Shown here: positions 19,404-29,536 of the stretch, one piece after another | How positions within the stretch are numbered: the first letter of the stretch is position 1 | Layout: the number at the start of each line of letters is the position of its first letter | DNA from: Candidatus Latescibacterota bacterium | Lineage (GTDB): Bacteria > Latescibacterota > UBA2968 | Direction of reading: 5' to 3' | DNA: 64,000 nucleotides | Assembly (NCBI GenBank): GCA_965204375.1 | Contig: OZ241986.1 | Coordinates: forward strand, 2,016,001 to 2,080,000 | Program-made: the position numbers and the translations under genes | Notes under the pieces: generated by a model | What the model was told of the DNA's origin: nothing | What the model saw: the letters and a program-made list of their open reading frames with translations, nothing else | The model's database searches: none

Positions 19404-20759
19404 ATGATCGATTTACGCTTTCTCGAAGAAGGCAAAGCAATCCGGGATCCCATTTGGGGCTATATCCATATACCGCCCGATTTTTTACCCATTGTTGATG
19501 CCGAAGAATTTCAACGCCTGCGCGATATATCACAACTCGGACACGTCTTGCTCGTGTATCCTGGAGCCCGCCACTCGCGTTTTGAACACACTTTGGGTGT
19601 GTTTCACATTGCGGGTCATTTCCTCAAGCAATTGCTCAAAACCCAGCCCCCTCCAGATATTGATATCGACGACGTGCGCGTACTTCTCGCGGCGAGTTTG
19701 TTGCACGACATCGGCCATTATCCCTTTTCGCATCTGCTCGAAGAAATGCAGATGTTTTTTATTGACCATGAAACGCGGGGGCGCTACATCATTGAAGATC
19801 CGAGTACAGAAGTCCACGCCGCACTTCTCAAAGTGGGTATTGATCCCCAGCGCGTTGCAAATGTCATCGATTATCAGCAACGCACCATTCCCGACCGCGA
19901 TATGCGCCTTGCCCACATTCTCAGCGGTACACTCGATCCCGACAAAATTGACTATCTTCTGCGCGACGCGCGCTACTGCGGTGTCCCATTTGGTGAGAGC
20001 GTGAATAGAGACCGACTCCTATCCTCAATTACATACCACCACACGACACAGCGACCAGCCATCACTTACAAAGGCGTATCTGCGGCTGAAGCACTCATCT
20101 TTACCAGTTATCTGATGTATCGCAATGTTTATTGGCACCACGCGGTTCGCTCAGCCAATGCCATGTTCAAGCGCGGGATACAGGACCTTTTGGCGCATCC
20201 CAACTGTTCGCTGACGGAAAATGATTTTGACCGCGCCACCGAATCTGACCTGCTTCACCGTCTCGAAAAAGAACACACCGAACTCGGGATCTCCTATCGA
20301 ACCAGCCTGATTGGCCGTCTCAAAAGACGCAAACTCTTCAAAGTTGCCCGCATATTCTTTCCCCATGAATACGCGCACAACCTCATAAATCTATTTCGTC
20401 GCCTCTATGACGCACCCGACCAGCGGCGAGAACTTGAGATGGCCTTTTGTACCCACCTTTCCTCAAAGCACAATCTCAACCTCTGCGGCGATGAAATACT
20501 CCTCGACATTCTCCAATTTGACAAAAGTCCCGAAGTAGACCTCAAAGTCTTTTTTGACGCCCACATCCCCGTAGAAAAAACAGAACCCTTGAGCTTTGAC
20601 GACCCGGAAGTCTCTTTGCTCAAAAATTATCTGATCGACAATTTTGAAGCACAGGCCAAAGTAGTGCGTATTTTCTGCGACGATATTCCCAATTTGCGCC
20701 AGGCCGTGCGCGATGAAGCCTTCGCTTTCCTGAAACACTGGGGCATAGTCAGGACTTGA
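19404..20759 (+). CDS. HD-domain phosphohydrolase (COG1078/SAMHD1-like)
   Basis: IRDPIWG, FQRLRDISQLG, HSRFEHTLG, LLHDIGHYPFSH, DPDKIDYLLRD and VYWH motifs. Confidence 0.92.
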   Translation: MIDLRFLEEGKAIRDPIWGYIHIPPDFLPIVDAEEFQRLRDISQLGHVLLVYPGARHSRFEHTLGVFHIAGHFLKQLLKTQPPPDIDIDDVRVLLAASLLHDIGHYPFSHLLEEMQMFFIDHETRGRYIIEDPSTEVHAALLKVGIDPQRVANVIDYQQRTIPDRDMRLAHILSGTLDPDKIDYLLRDARYCGVPFGESVNRDRLLSSITYHHTTQRPAITYKGVSAAEALIFTSYLMYRNVYWHHAVRSANAMFKRGIQDLLAHPNCSLTENDFDRATESDLLHRLEKEHTELGISYRTSLIGRLKRRKLFKVARIFFPHEYAHNLINLFRRLYDAPDQRRELEMAFCTHLSSKHNLNLCGDEILLDILQFDKSPEVDLKVFFDAHIPVEKTEPLSFDDPEVSLLKNYLIDNFEAQAKVVRIFCDDIPNLRQAVRDEAFAFLKHWGIVRT

Positions 20760-20882
20760 TAAAATGAGTAAAAAGTTATATATTGCTCACTTCTAAATGT
20801 AGATTTACATGGATTTATTGAAAGTTCTATATTCTCCCTCAGCCATAGATAAGTCACTCTCACCTTTACCTGGATTTAGTGT

Positions 20883-21809
20883 ATGAAAAAATATCTGACT
20901 TTAATGTTTATCTCCCACAATGAAGGTTATATCAAAGAATACCACCTCTCACGACCCAAATTTATCGGCATTATAAGTGCATTATGCCTGCTCCTATTGC
21001 TCTCACTCGGCTATGTCGCCACAATTGGCAAAAGGGAAAGACTCGCCGAACTCAAGGAGGAAAATACGGCACTCCAACGCGAATTTGTCTTAATTCAAGA
21101 AGAATTGGAAAACATGCGCCACAACATGGACCAGCTACAGGAAAAAGATCGCATCATGCGCGCCTGGGTTGACCTGTCCGAACCGAGTGACGAAGTCCGT
21201 CAAATAGGTGTGGGGGGTGGAGATGCCATACTGCCAGAATGGGAAAATGCCGTTTCAGGCGACGTCTCAGACCTTCTGACTGATAACCGCATCAATATGG
21301 ATCAACTCTTGCGAGAAGCGCACTTTTTGAAAACCAGTTTTGATACGATTTTGGCAGTGCTCAGCAAAGACATCCAAATGCGCCAGCACATACCTTCAAT
21401 TACCCCCGTACGGATGGAAAACCCGAGAATATCATCGGGATTTGGCCTCCGTCGCGATCCCTTCACCGGGCGCAGACAATTTCACTTTGGTATCGATTAT
21501 CCTGGTCGCAGGGGCACACCCATTATCGCCGCAGCCGATGGGAAAATAGATAAAATTAACTATAACAATCGTTTGGGATGGTATGTGATTATCGACCACG
21601 GCTATGGCTTACAAACGCTATACGGTCACCTCAATAGCAGGCCGTCTGGCAAGCAGGGTGATCGCGTCAAACGCGGTGAAAAGATTGGAGAAATGGGCAG
21701 AACAGGACGCTCAACAGCCCCTCATCTCCACTATTCAGTCATCAAACATGGCGAATACGAAAATCCCAAACACTACATCTTTGATCAAAAAACACGCTCT
21801 TTGTTTTAG
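20883..21809 (+). CDS. M23 family metallopeptidase
   Basis: TM anchor, coiled coil, HFGID, TLYGHL and TGRSTAPHLHY. Confidence 0.93.
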   Translation: MKKYLTLMFISHNEGYIKEYHLSRPKFIGIISALCLLLLLSLGYVATIGKRERLAELKEENTALQREFVLIQEELENMRHNMDQLQEKDRIMRAWVDLSEPSDEVRQIGVGGGDAILPEWENAVSGDVSDLLTDNRINMDQLLREAHFLKTSFDTILAVLSKDIQMRQHIPSITPVRMENPRISSGFGLRRDPFTGRRQFHFGIDYPGRRGTPIIAAADGKIDKINYNNRLGWYVIIDHGYGLQTLYGHLNSRPSGKQGDRVKRGEKIGEMGRTGRSTAPHLHYSVIKHGEYENPKHYIFDQKTRSLF

Positions 21810-21827
21810 CGAATCAGAGGATAAACT

Positions 21828-23138
21828 ATGAGTTCCAGTACACTTTCCGTTTACAGTTCGCTATTTGTCGCAACGGTCTGGTCTGGACATCCCGTCGGAT
21901 TTGATCTGTTGACCCACGGTGATGTGCAATTTATCGCGTTTTACAATGCCGAACGCAAAATGACTGTCGGAATGCGAAAGTTAAATGAAGATACATGGAT
22001 CTTTGCACATCCAGAAGGTGTATGGCTGGAAAATCGGGGGCGACTCTCTTCGGAAATCGGATGGGACAGTCACAATTCGCTAACCATGGCCATCGACGAC
22101 GATGGCCATATTCATTTGTGCGGCAATATGCATGTGGATCCCTTAATTTATTTTCGCACAACGCGCCCGCTTGATGTGACGGGTTTTGAACGCATAGACT
22201 TTATGGTCGGCAAAAATGAGGAACGCTGCACCTACCCCGTGTTTATGCGCGGTCTCAATAATGAATTGATTTTTCGTTTTCGAGATGGTAAAAGCGGTAA
22301 TGGGGTTGATTTTTACAATGTGTATGATGTCCAGACAAAAACCTGGCACCGGATGCACAGTACACCACTGCTCAATGGCCTCGACCGCATGAATGCGTAC
22401 GCGCGCATGCCCGAAAAAGGACCTGACGGAAATTATCACATGGTCTGGATCTGGCGCAATACACCCGATTGCGCGACCAATCACAGTATTTCTTATGCCT
22501 GTAGTCCAGACCTCATGTCCTGGAAAACAGGCAGCGGCGCAGCATTGGATTTACCAATTACAATAGAAAGCGGTGCCACCGTTGATCCCGTCCCCCCAGG
22601 AGGTGGATTGATCAATATGACGCAATCACTGGGTTTTGACGACCAGAAACGTGCCGTGATCAGCTATCACAAACACGACGAAAATGGATACACACAGGCC
22701 TATTGTGCGCGTTTGGAAAATGGCAAATGGGTATTTTACAAGGTGAGCAATTGGACCTATCGGTGGGAGTTTGGGGGCGGTGGCTCTATCGGTGCAGAAA
22801 TTCGATTGGGCGGTGTCAAGCCAGAGGCCGATGGCGGTCTCAGCATGAGTTACTGGCATATAAAAGAAGGCCAGGGGATCTGGAAATTGCACCCCCAAAC
22901 CCTGCAAGTGATCGGGACATACCCACCGCCGGATAACGAGATTCCCGATGAATTGGAACAGGTGACATCTGATTATCCGGGCATGACTGTCAACTTGAGC
23001 GGTGCTCGAGGCGAGGGAATACGCCACGAAGAGCAATACGTCTTGCGCTGGGAAACACTGGATCGCAACCGCGACAGACCCAGAGAAAAAATTCCACCAC
23101 CGAGTGAATTGATACTCTATATCCTTCATAGACAATAA
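21828..23138 (+). CDS. BNR-4 repeat beta-propeller protein
   Basis: WDSHNSLTMAIDDDGHIHLCGNMH, TYPVF and FRDGKSGNG motifs. Confidence 0.8.
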   Translation: MSSSTLSVYSSLFVATVWSGHPVGFDLLTHGDVQFIAFYNAERKMTVGMRKLNEDTWIFAHPEGVWLENRGRLSSEIGWDSHNSLTMAIDDDGHIHLCGNMHVDPLIYFRTTRPLDVTGFERIDFMVGKNEERCTYPVFMRGLNNELIFRFRDGKSGNGVDFYNVYDVQTKTWHRMHSTPLLNGLDRMNAYARMPEKGPDGNYHMVWIWRNTPDCATNHSISYACSPDLMSWKTGSGAALDLPITIESGATVDPVPPGGGLINMTQSLGFDDQKRAVISYHKHDENGYTQAYCARLENGKWVFYKVSNWTYRWEFGGGGSIGAEIRLGGVKPEADGGLSMSYWHIKEGQGIWKLHPQTLQVIGTYPPPDNEIPDELEQVTSDYPGMTVNLSGARGEGIRHEEQYVLRWETLDRNRDRPREKIPPPSELILYILHRQ

Positions 23139-23140
23139 AA

Positions 23141-23175
23141 AAAGCCCCCCGATGAGTACATCACCGGGGGGCTTT
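23141..23175. terminator. Terminator-like hairpin
   Basis: AAAGCCCCCCG/CGGGGGGCTTT. Confidence 0.7.
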
Positions 23176-23207
23176 GGGGGTGCGTTCATTTTTTACGTTA
23201 TATTCCC

Positions 23208-23282
23208 TTTTGGCGTAAAATCTGGACTTTGATTCCATAATTTACGCCAAATTTTGGAGTAAACGACCAAATTTTACGCCAA
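23208..23282. repeat. Four alternating-orientation copies of TTTTGGCGTAAA
   Basis: Copies at 23208 (+), 23241 (-), 23252 (+, one mismatch) and 23272 (-). Confidence 0.65.
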
Positions 23283-23482
23283 TAATATACAACGAGACAT
23301 TATTAGCACCTGATTTTTAAACTCAAATACCGAAAAAAATAGTTGAGATTCTGAGATGATATTACCCGCTATTGCACGATAGCAATGGCGGGATTTTTTG
23401 TTTGGAGATGGGATTTCATAACTTATTTTTGTCTGTGAGTATATTGTTCCGCAATCATGTTCGCATAAAACAAGGAGACAAC

Positions 23483-24445
23483 ATGAGTTCTGATACATTT
23501 CGCGGGGTCTTCACCATTCCGTCAACGCCGTTTAAGCAAAATGGAGATGTCGATTGGGGCGATCTCAAGCGCGTGCTGGATTTTTGTATCACCTGTGGCG
23601 CGCACGGAATTGTCTGGCCCGTAAATGCCAGCAGTTTTCCCGTATTGACCGACCAAGAACGCATGCACGGTATGCTGATGGTCGTAGAACACATCGCTGG
23701 ACGCATACCAGCAATTCTCGGCGTTCAGGGGGCGAGTGGTCATCACGCTGCGATGTTCGCACGTCACGCGCGGGCATTGGAAGCCGATGGCGTCATCGCA
23801 ATGGCTCCTTATGTGGAACCAATTGAGGACGAAGATACAATGGTACACTATTACCAGGCGATAGACCGCGAAGTGAACATGCCAATTTTTGTACAAAATC
23901 ACCTGAGGGGCAGCGAGTTGTCAATCGCCACCGTGGTGCGCTTGATCAACGAAGTAGAACACATAGAATACGTCAAAGAAGAGGTTTTCCCCCCAACGCA
24001 CATGATTACGGGCTTAATCGAACAGGCCGGGCCAAAATTGAAGGGCGTATTTGGCGGAGCCAGTGGCCGCTATTTGTTGCTCGAACATCCGCGCGGCGTA
24101 GCCGGACAAATGCCGGGCTGTCACATAACAGATGTCGTGGTGCGCCTGTGGAATGCCCTGGAAGCTGGAGATTTGAAAGAGGCAAAACGGGTATATGGCA
24201 TCATGGCTCCCCTATTCGCGCTCGAAACATTAAAAGGCACGAATTATCCCGAAATACTGCGTCGCCGCCAGGTAATCAAAAGTTCGCGCAGCCGTTTGAC
24301 AACCCGTTTCCCCACTCAAGATGCGTACGATCACGAAGCCCTTGACGATATTTTGCGGGACCTGGAGCCGCTATTTACATGGAACGAAAAACCGCTGATA
24401 TATGGTCCCCCTGAATGGCTTAAGCTCAATGATCGAACGGGTTAA
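23483..24445 (+). CDS. Dihydrodipicolinate synthase family aldolase/lyase
   Basis: FRGVFTIPSTPF, GAHGIVWP and the catalytic Lys in YVKEE; RBS AAGGAG. Confidence 0.88.
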   Translation: MSSDTFRGVFTIPSTPFKQNGDVDWGDLKRVLDFCITCGAHGIVWPVNASSFPVLTDQERMHGMLMVVEHIAGRIPAILGVQGASGHHAAMFARHARALEADGVIAMAPYVEPIEDEDTMVHYYQAIDREVNMPIFVQNHLRGSELSIATVVRLINEVEHIEYVKEEVFPPTHMITGLIEQAGPKLKGVFGGASGRYLLLEHPRGVAGQMPGCHITDVVVRLWNALEAGDLKEAKRVYGIMAPLFALETLKGTNYPEILRRRQVIKSSRSRLTTRFPTQDAYDHEALDDILRDLEPLFTWNEKPLIYGPPEWLKLNDRTG

Positions 24446-24481
24446 ACCGTCCTTTGTAAATAATCACTCAATCTGCAATTT

Positions 24482-26932
24482 GTGATACGGAACATGTACC
24501 TGAGATCATTGTCTCACTTGACAGTTTATTTTTTTATCCTTTGGGGATCCATTTCATCCAGCATTGCTCAGGAAGTCTCGTTAGTGTCTCAGGACACGAC
24601 GGCTGCTGGCCGTTGGAGCCTTATAGCTGGCACCGCTTTTTTGAACGCTGGTGAACTGCCCTACATAGACCGGGAAGGCGGCATGTGGTGGGGACACCAA
24701 GACAATGTTTTTGTGCTGAGACAAAACCAATTATCACAAATAACTGTGGGATGGCCTGTGGATGCGATGGTGCAAGATTCAACGGGGGCCATGTGGTTTT
24801 TTGGACATCACAGAGATTCGCTCATTGCAGCGCGCTACGACGGTGCGATACGGGAGATAACGAGAACAAAGTTAAAGTGGAATTTAATTATGGGTCCCCC
24901 GGCAGTTATAGATGGCAACGGGCGATTTTGGATGCGTGCTCAACCTTTATATAAACGCTATGAACGCAGAGCAGATGGCACTTATATCGGTTACGGCATC
25001 TTTGAGTATTCCAATAACCGCTGGTTTCACCACACAATTGAAACAGGACTCAAGAACGACCGTATTTACGACCTTGCAGTCGATCAAAAAGGCCACCTCT
25101 GGGCTGCAACTTACAGAAGTGCCAGCCAATACCGAGATGGGCAATGGCACAATTTTGATCATACAGACGGTTTGAGCAATCGGAAAGTGTATCGAGTTGT
25201 AGTGGGAAAAAATGGCGACATCTGGTGTACGCATGGCAACTGGAAAAATATTTCTGTTTTTAATGGTGATAAATGGCGCGTGAACAACACGGACACTGGT
25301 ATGCCCGTTGAGAAAGTACGGGCAGCACTTTGTGCGCGAGATGGCACCTTCTGGTTTGGTGTACACTATCACGATATTACAGATCCAGAACAAAGCGGTC
25401 TGGTTCGCTTTGACGGACAATCGTGGCTTGTGTTGACGGAGAGGGATGGATTACCGGGCAATCACGTTCTGGAAATTTCTGAACTGGTGGACGGAAAGCT
25501 ATTATTGCAGATTCGAAAACCAACATCGACGGTATTTGAGTCAGACACAACGCCGTTGCAAATTTCCAATCAATCACTTGTGATATTTGAACCCGATACA
25601 ACGCAATGGGCGCGTGTTTCGGGATATATTGAAAATCGGGATGGAACAGCTATAGATCACATTGTAGTATCTCTCACAACACCCGGAAGGCATGTAAAAG
25701 CGAGTACTGTGACCAATGATCAAGGTTTTTACGAAATGAGGGTCTTGCCCGGCAAATACAGGGTTCAAGTGCCAGATGCCTGGGGTGGTACACGCGACAT
25801 AGTCGTAGCCCCTGGCGAGACTGTCAGTGGCGTGGATATTCGTCCCTTTTGGTTTCCCGATTCGGAAACGCGCAATACCATTTTCGGACTTATTTTTTTC
25901 TTTTTTATATTTATGGTGCTCGTCGGTTTGCTCTATATCGTCATCCGAGCATTCGCCGTGCAACCGCTCAAAGTGCCCGAACTGAGTGAAGTACACAACC
26001 CCCTCCGTCTTCATTTTCACGGAAATGGAAGTAGCTTGTTCGGCATTTTTGTAATCAATGTATTGCTCACGCTCCTCACGCTCGGAGTGTATTATTTTTG
26101 GGGCAAGGCAAAAATTCGGCGTTACATGCACAGCCAAACGGAATTGCACAACAGCCGATTCTCAAACCACACCACCGGCGGCGAACTCTGCATTGGCTGG
26201 ATTAAAGCCATTATTTTAATCGTCACAATTGTATTGATCTCGGAAATACCCTCGTTTTTCTGGGAAGACATGACGCACGAGTGGATCACCCTGCTCGCGT
26301 TTTACGGACTTCTGCTTTTTGTATTTTTGCCACTGGCCATTGTGGGGTCTCTGCGCTTCAGACTCAGCCGAACTTCCTATCGAGGCATTCGTTTTTCCTT
26401 CAGGGGCAACAGTAAAACATTTTTCAAAATCTATTATATCGGGCTGTTAAAAACAATATTCACCCTGGGGCTATACTACCCCTATTTTGAAACGAAGATT
26501 CGCCTATTCCTGACCAGGAACGTGCGTTTTGGCACAGGGCGTTTTAAGTTTTTCGGCACTGGGCGCAAGCTATTCTGGTATTTTGTGCTAAATTTGTTAC
26601 TCACGCCTTTTACACTGGGCCTGTGCTGGTATTGGTACTCAGCACTCAAGACACGCTACTATTGGTCTTGCACCACATTCGAAGGCATTTCATTTCACTC
26701 GACTGTTGTTGGCAGTCGCCTTCTGTTCCTAAAAGTCGAAAATTTTATATTACTCGCCATTTCCCTCGGGTTGGCGTGGCCCTGGGTTGCGGTCCGCAAT
26801 AACAGATTTTCGTGCGACTATCTCGTTTTGTCCGACCAACCGGATTTTTCCAGTATTACCCAGAACTTTTCGGATGCCGGAGCAACGGGTGAAGGCTTGA
26901 GCGATTATCTGGATTTTGAATTTGAGTTTTAG
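24482..26932 (+). CDS. Fusion: two-component-regulator-type beta-propeller + carboxypeptidase-regulatory-like domain + YjgN (DUF898) membrane domain
   Basis: Signal peptide; repeats GLKNDRIYDLAVDQKGHLW, GLSNRKVY and GLPGNHV; TVTNDQGFYEMRVLPGKYRV; FHGNGSSLFGIFVINVLLTLLTLGVYYFW and SRTSYRGIRFSF (DUF898). Confidence 0.8.
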   Translation: MIRNMYLRSLSHLTVYFFILWGSISSSIAQEVSLVSQDTTAAGRWSLIAGTAFLNAGELPYIDREGGMWWGHQDNVFVLRQNQLSQITVGWPVDAMVQDSTGAMWFFGHHRDSLIAARYDGAIREITRTKLKWNLIMGPPAVIDGNGRFWMRAQPLYKRYERRADGTYIGYGIFEYSNNRWFHHTIETGLKNDRIYDLAVDQKGHLWAATYRSASQYRDGQWHNFDHTDGLSNRKVYRVVVGKNGDIWCTHGNWKNISVFNGDKWRVNNTDTGMPVEKVRAALCARDGTFWFGVHYHDITDPEQSGLVRFDGQSWLVLTERDGLPGNHVLEISELVDGKLLLQIRKPTSTVFESDTTPLQISNQSLVIFEPDTTQWARVSGYIENRDGTAIDHIVVSLTTPGRHVKASTVTNDQGFYEMRVLPGKYRVQVPDAWGGTRDIVVAPGETVSGVDIRPFWFPDSETRNTIFGLIFFFFIFMVLVGLLYIVIRAFAVQPLKVPELSEVHNPLRLHFHGNGSSLFGIFVINVLLTLLTLGVYYFWGKAKIRRYMHSQTELHNSRFSNHTTGGELCIGWIKAIILIVTIVLISEIPSFFWEDMTHEWITLLAFYGLLLFVFLPLAIVGSLRFRLSRTSYRGIRFSFRGNSKTFFKIYYIGLLKTIFTLGLYYPYFETKIRLFLTRNVRFGTGRFKFFGTGRKLFWYFVLNLLLTPFTLGLCWYWYSALKTRYYWSCTTFEGISFHSTVVGSRLLFLKVENFILLAISLGLAWPWVAVRNNRFSCDYLVLSDQPDFSSITQNFSDAGATGEGLSDYLDFEFEF

Positions 26933-26936
26933 ATCT

Positions 26937-28058
26937 ATGGTACGAGATACACACATCTGGCACGCGCACTTTTACGATGGGCAAACAGCACAGCCCCATA
27001 CCGTACAGATAGAAGTTTTGGCGAATGGCCTTGAGATAATATTTTCAGACCGCCCACCTGAAATCTGGACTTACGAAAGTTTTCGTCAGACCGAGGGATC
27101 TCACAGCGGAGAATTGGTCCGGTTTGAAAAGAGCGATACCTTTGGACAAGCACTGGTAATAGACGATGTGAAAATTCTGGAGGTCATTCGAGAACGCGAC
27201 CCCTCTTCGGGCTTTCACAACCCCAAGCTTCGCCGGTATCGAGTCCCTCTTGTCGGTTTTTCTCTCGTTTCTATTGTATTTATTATCTGGCTACTCTACG
27301 GCCATATACTACCCGTGTTCATCGATGGCATCGCACGCATTGCGCCCGTTGCATGGGAAGAATCACTTGGCCGATCCGTTGTCGCGTATATCGCCCCTAA
27401 AGAAAACCGCTGCCAGGATGCGATTTATACTGAGGTCTTTGATGAAATCGCTGCGCGTTTGACCGCACCGACCAATTTGCCCTATACATTCCGCGTTTAC
27501 GTCGTCAAGAACGCCCACGTAAATGCCTTCGCGCTTCCCGGTGGCTATATGGCAATTACAACTGGCTTTCTAAAGCGCGTAAAATCCGCTGAGCAAGTCG
27601 CCGGTATAATCGCACACGAGATGCAGCATGTCGTGCAAAGACACGGCACCCGAGCCGTCTTGCGAGAAATGTCCACGCGCACACTTATTGCAGCTATTTC
27701 CGGAGGTGGTGAAGGTCTGGACTACGTGCTTGACGGGGCCGCCCTGGCAGGTGCCCTGCGTTTTTCGAGAGACCACGAGTCCTCTGCTGATATCGAGGGC
27801 ATGAAAATGATTATAGATGCGAAAATCGACCCAAAAGGAATGGTCGAAGTATTTGAAATCCTGCTCGAAATAACGGGAGATCTGCCAGATGGTATGGTCT
27901 ATGTCTCAACCCATCCCTTAACAAAAAATCGCATTCGTTCACTGTCGCCCTATTTAGATTCCATGAAAGTCGATCCCATTCCAATCGTCTCCGACTCAAC
28001 CTGGGCGCGCTTCGCACAAGCAATTCGCGTGGGCCAGTGTAGGCGAATCAACGAATAG
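26937..28058 (+). CDS. M48 family metallopeptidase (YjgN partner)
   Basis: VNAFALPGG, AHEMQHV, FSRDHESSAD and STHP; single TM helix. Confidence 0.92.
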   Translation: MVRDTHIWHAHFYDGQTAQPHTVQIEVLANGLEIIFSDRPPEIWTYESFRQTEGSHSGELVRFEKSDTFGQALVIDDVKILEVIRERDPSSGFHNPKLRRYRVPLVGFSLVSIVFIIWLLYGHILPVFIDGIARIAPVAWEESLGRSVVAYIAPKENRCQDAIYTEVFDEIAARLTAPTNLPYTFRVYVVKNAHVNAFALPGGYMAITTGFLKRVKSAEQVAGIIAHEMQHVVQRHGTRAVLREMSTRTLIAAISGGGEGLDYVLDGAALAGALRFSRDHESSADIEGMKMIIDAKIDPKGMVEVFEILLEITGDLPDGMVYVSTHPLTKNRIRSLSPYLDSMKVDPIPIVSDSTWARFAQAIRVGQCRRINE

Positions 28059-28067
28059 ACGGATTGG

Positions 28068-28166
28068 GATACAACTGCGCTGGCAACTCATCAACGGAGT
28101 GGTGTACAATCCGCGTCTATCCGCGTCATCTGTTTAAGAGATGTACAACTGCGACAGCAGTTCATC
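28068..28166 (+). repeat. Cluster of two REP-like hairpins and a degenerate ATCTGCG-type tandem repeat
   Basis: GATACAACTGCGCTGGCAACTCATC; ATCCGCGTCTATCCGCGTCATCTG; TGTACAACTGCGACAGCAGTTCATC. Confidence 0.55.
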
Positions 28167-28186
28167 CGTGATCAAAGGAGAAAAAA

Positions 28187-29536
28187 ATGTCGAACCCCCG
28201 TCCAAATATCCTCTGGCTTTTTCTCGAAGATGTGAACCCGTGGATGAGTTGTTACGGCGACCAAACCGTACAAACGCCGAATATAGACACGCTCGCCGCT
28301 TCGGGCGTAAAATTTGATCGGGCGTATCAAACCTCTGGCGTGTGCTCACCTTCTCGCTCGGCAACAATTACCGGGATGTATCAAACGACTATTGGCGCGC
28401 ACAACCACAATAGTTCATACCCCCTTTTACCCGAAGGAATAAAGACAATTCCCGAGTATTTTCGAGACGCCGGATATTACACATTTAACGAAGGCAAAAC
28501 GCATTACAATTTTGTCTTTGATTTAGATGTTTTATTTAACCACCATGGGAGCATGGATTTCAAAGGGGCAAAAGATGGAAGCGACTGGTCCGGATGTTCC
28601 CCTGATCAACCGTTCTTCGGGCAAATTCAGCTTCGGGGTGGCAAAAGCATAGGCCTGCTCAAAGGACCGGGCATTGATCCCGCCTCAGTACCCGTGCCAT
28701 CGTTCTATCCCGATCACGAAATCATCCGCAGAGAAATTGCCCTGCACTACGATTGTATCTCGCACACAGACCGTCAGGTGGGATGGATTTTGAAGCGATT
28801 AGAAGAAGATGGATTGCGCGAAAACACGATTATATTTTTATTTAGCGACCACGGGATGCGGTTGCCACGGCACAAGCAATTTATTTACGAAGGTGGTCAC
28901 AAAGTCCCATTGATGATTTCCTGGCAGAGCAATACAGATATCGTAGCCCCCGGAAGTGTGCGCTCCGACCTCGTCAGCGGCATTGACATCGGTCCGACCT
29001 CTCTCGCGCTTGCCGGCCTCGATGTGCCCGATTACATGGAAGGTCAAAATCTGTTTGGCGAACACTTTGTCGAACGGGACTATGTAATTGCCGCAAAAGA
29101 CCGCTGCGATTTTACTATAGATCGCATGCGCACAGTGCGCACCCAGCGGTATCGCTATGTGCGGAACTTCATGACAGATCGTCCCTTTATGCAGGCGCAG
29201 TACCGCGATGGATCGGATTATATGGAACTGATACGCACCATGAATGCCAACGGCGAACTCACGCCCGAACAGGCATTTTTCTGGGCAGAAGAACGCATCG
29301 CAGAAGAATTTTACGATTGTGACGCCGATCCCGAAGAAGTGAACAACCTCGTAGATGATCCAGACCATGCCGAAGCCTTGCAACACCACCGCGATATTCT
29401 GACACAGTGGATTGCACAGACCGATGACAAAGGCCAATATCCCGAACCCGAAATCGGCTTGCGATGGGTGCTGAAACAGTGGGGAGATAAGTGTGTGAAT
29501 CCGGAATATGATAAAATAAAAAAGGAGACAAAATGA
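28187..29536 (+). CDS. Sulfatase (formylglycine-dependent)
   Basis: RPNILW, TPNIDTLA, CSPSRSATITG and FSDHG. Confidence 0.93.
   Translation: MSNPRPNILWLFLEDVNPWMSCYGDQTVQTPNIDTLAASGVKFDRAYQTSGVCSPSRSATITGMYQTTIGAHNHNSSYPLLPEGIKTIPEYFRDAGYYTFNEGKTHYNFVFDLDVLFNHHGSMDFKGAKDGSDWSGCSPDQPFFGQIQLRGGKSIGLLKGPGIDPASVPVPSFYPDHEIIRREIALHYDCISHTDRQVGWILKRLEEDGLRENTIIFLFSDHGMRLPRHKQFIYEGGHKVPLMISWQSNTDIVAPGSVRSDLVSGIDIGPTSLALAGLDVPDYMEGQNLFGEHFVERDYVIAAKDRCDFTIDRMRTVRTQRYRYVRNFMTDRPFMQAQYRDGSDYMELIRTMNANGELTPEQAFFWAEERIAEEFYDCDADPEEVNNLVDDPDHAEALQHHRDILTQWIAQTDDKGQYPEPEIGLRWVLKQWGDKCVNPEYDKIKKETK

Noticed and set aside
19404-20759. Antiphage dNTPase
   Set aside because: It fits the widespread housekeeping COG1078 HD family and lies outside the defence locus.
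28068-28166. Integron attC sites
   Set aside because: The AAC...GTT cores are only about 15-25 bp apart, much shorter than attC, the right end does not fit GTTRRRY, and no intI is present.
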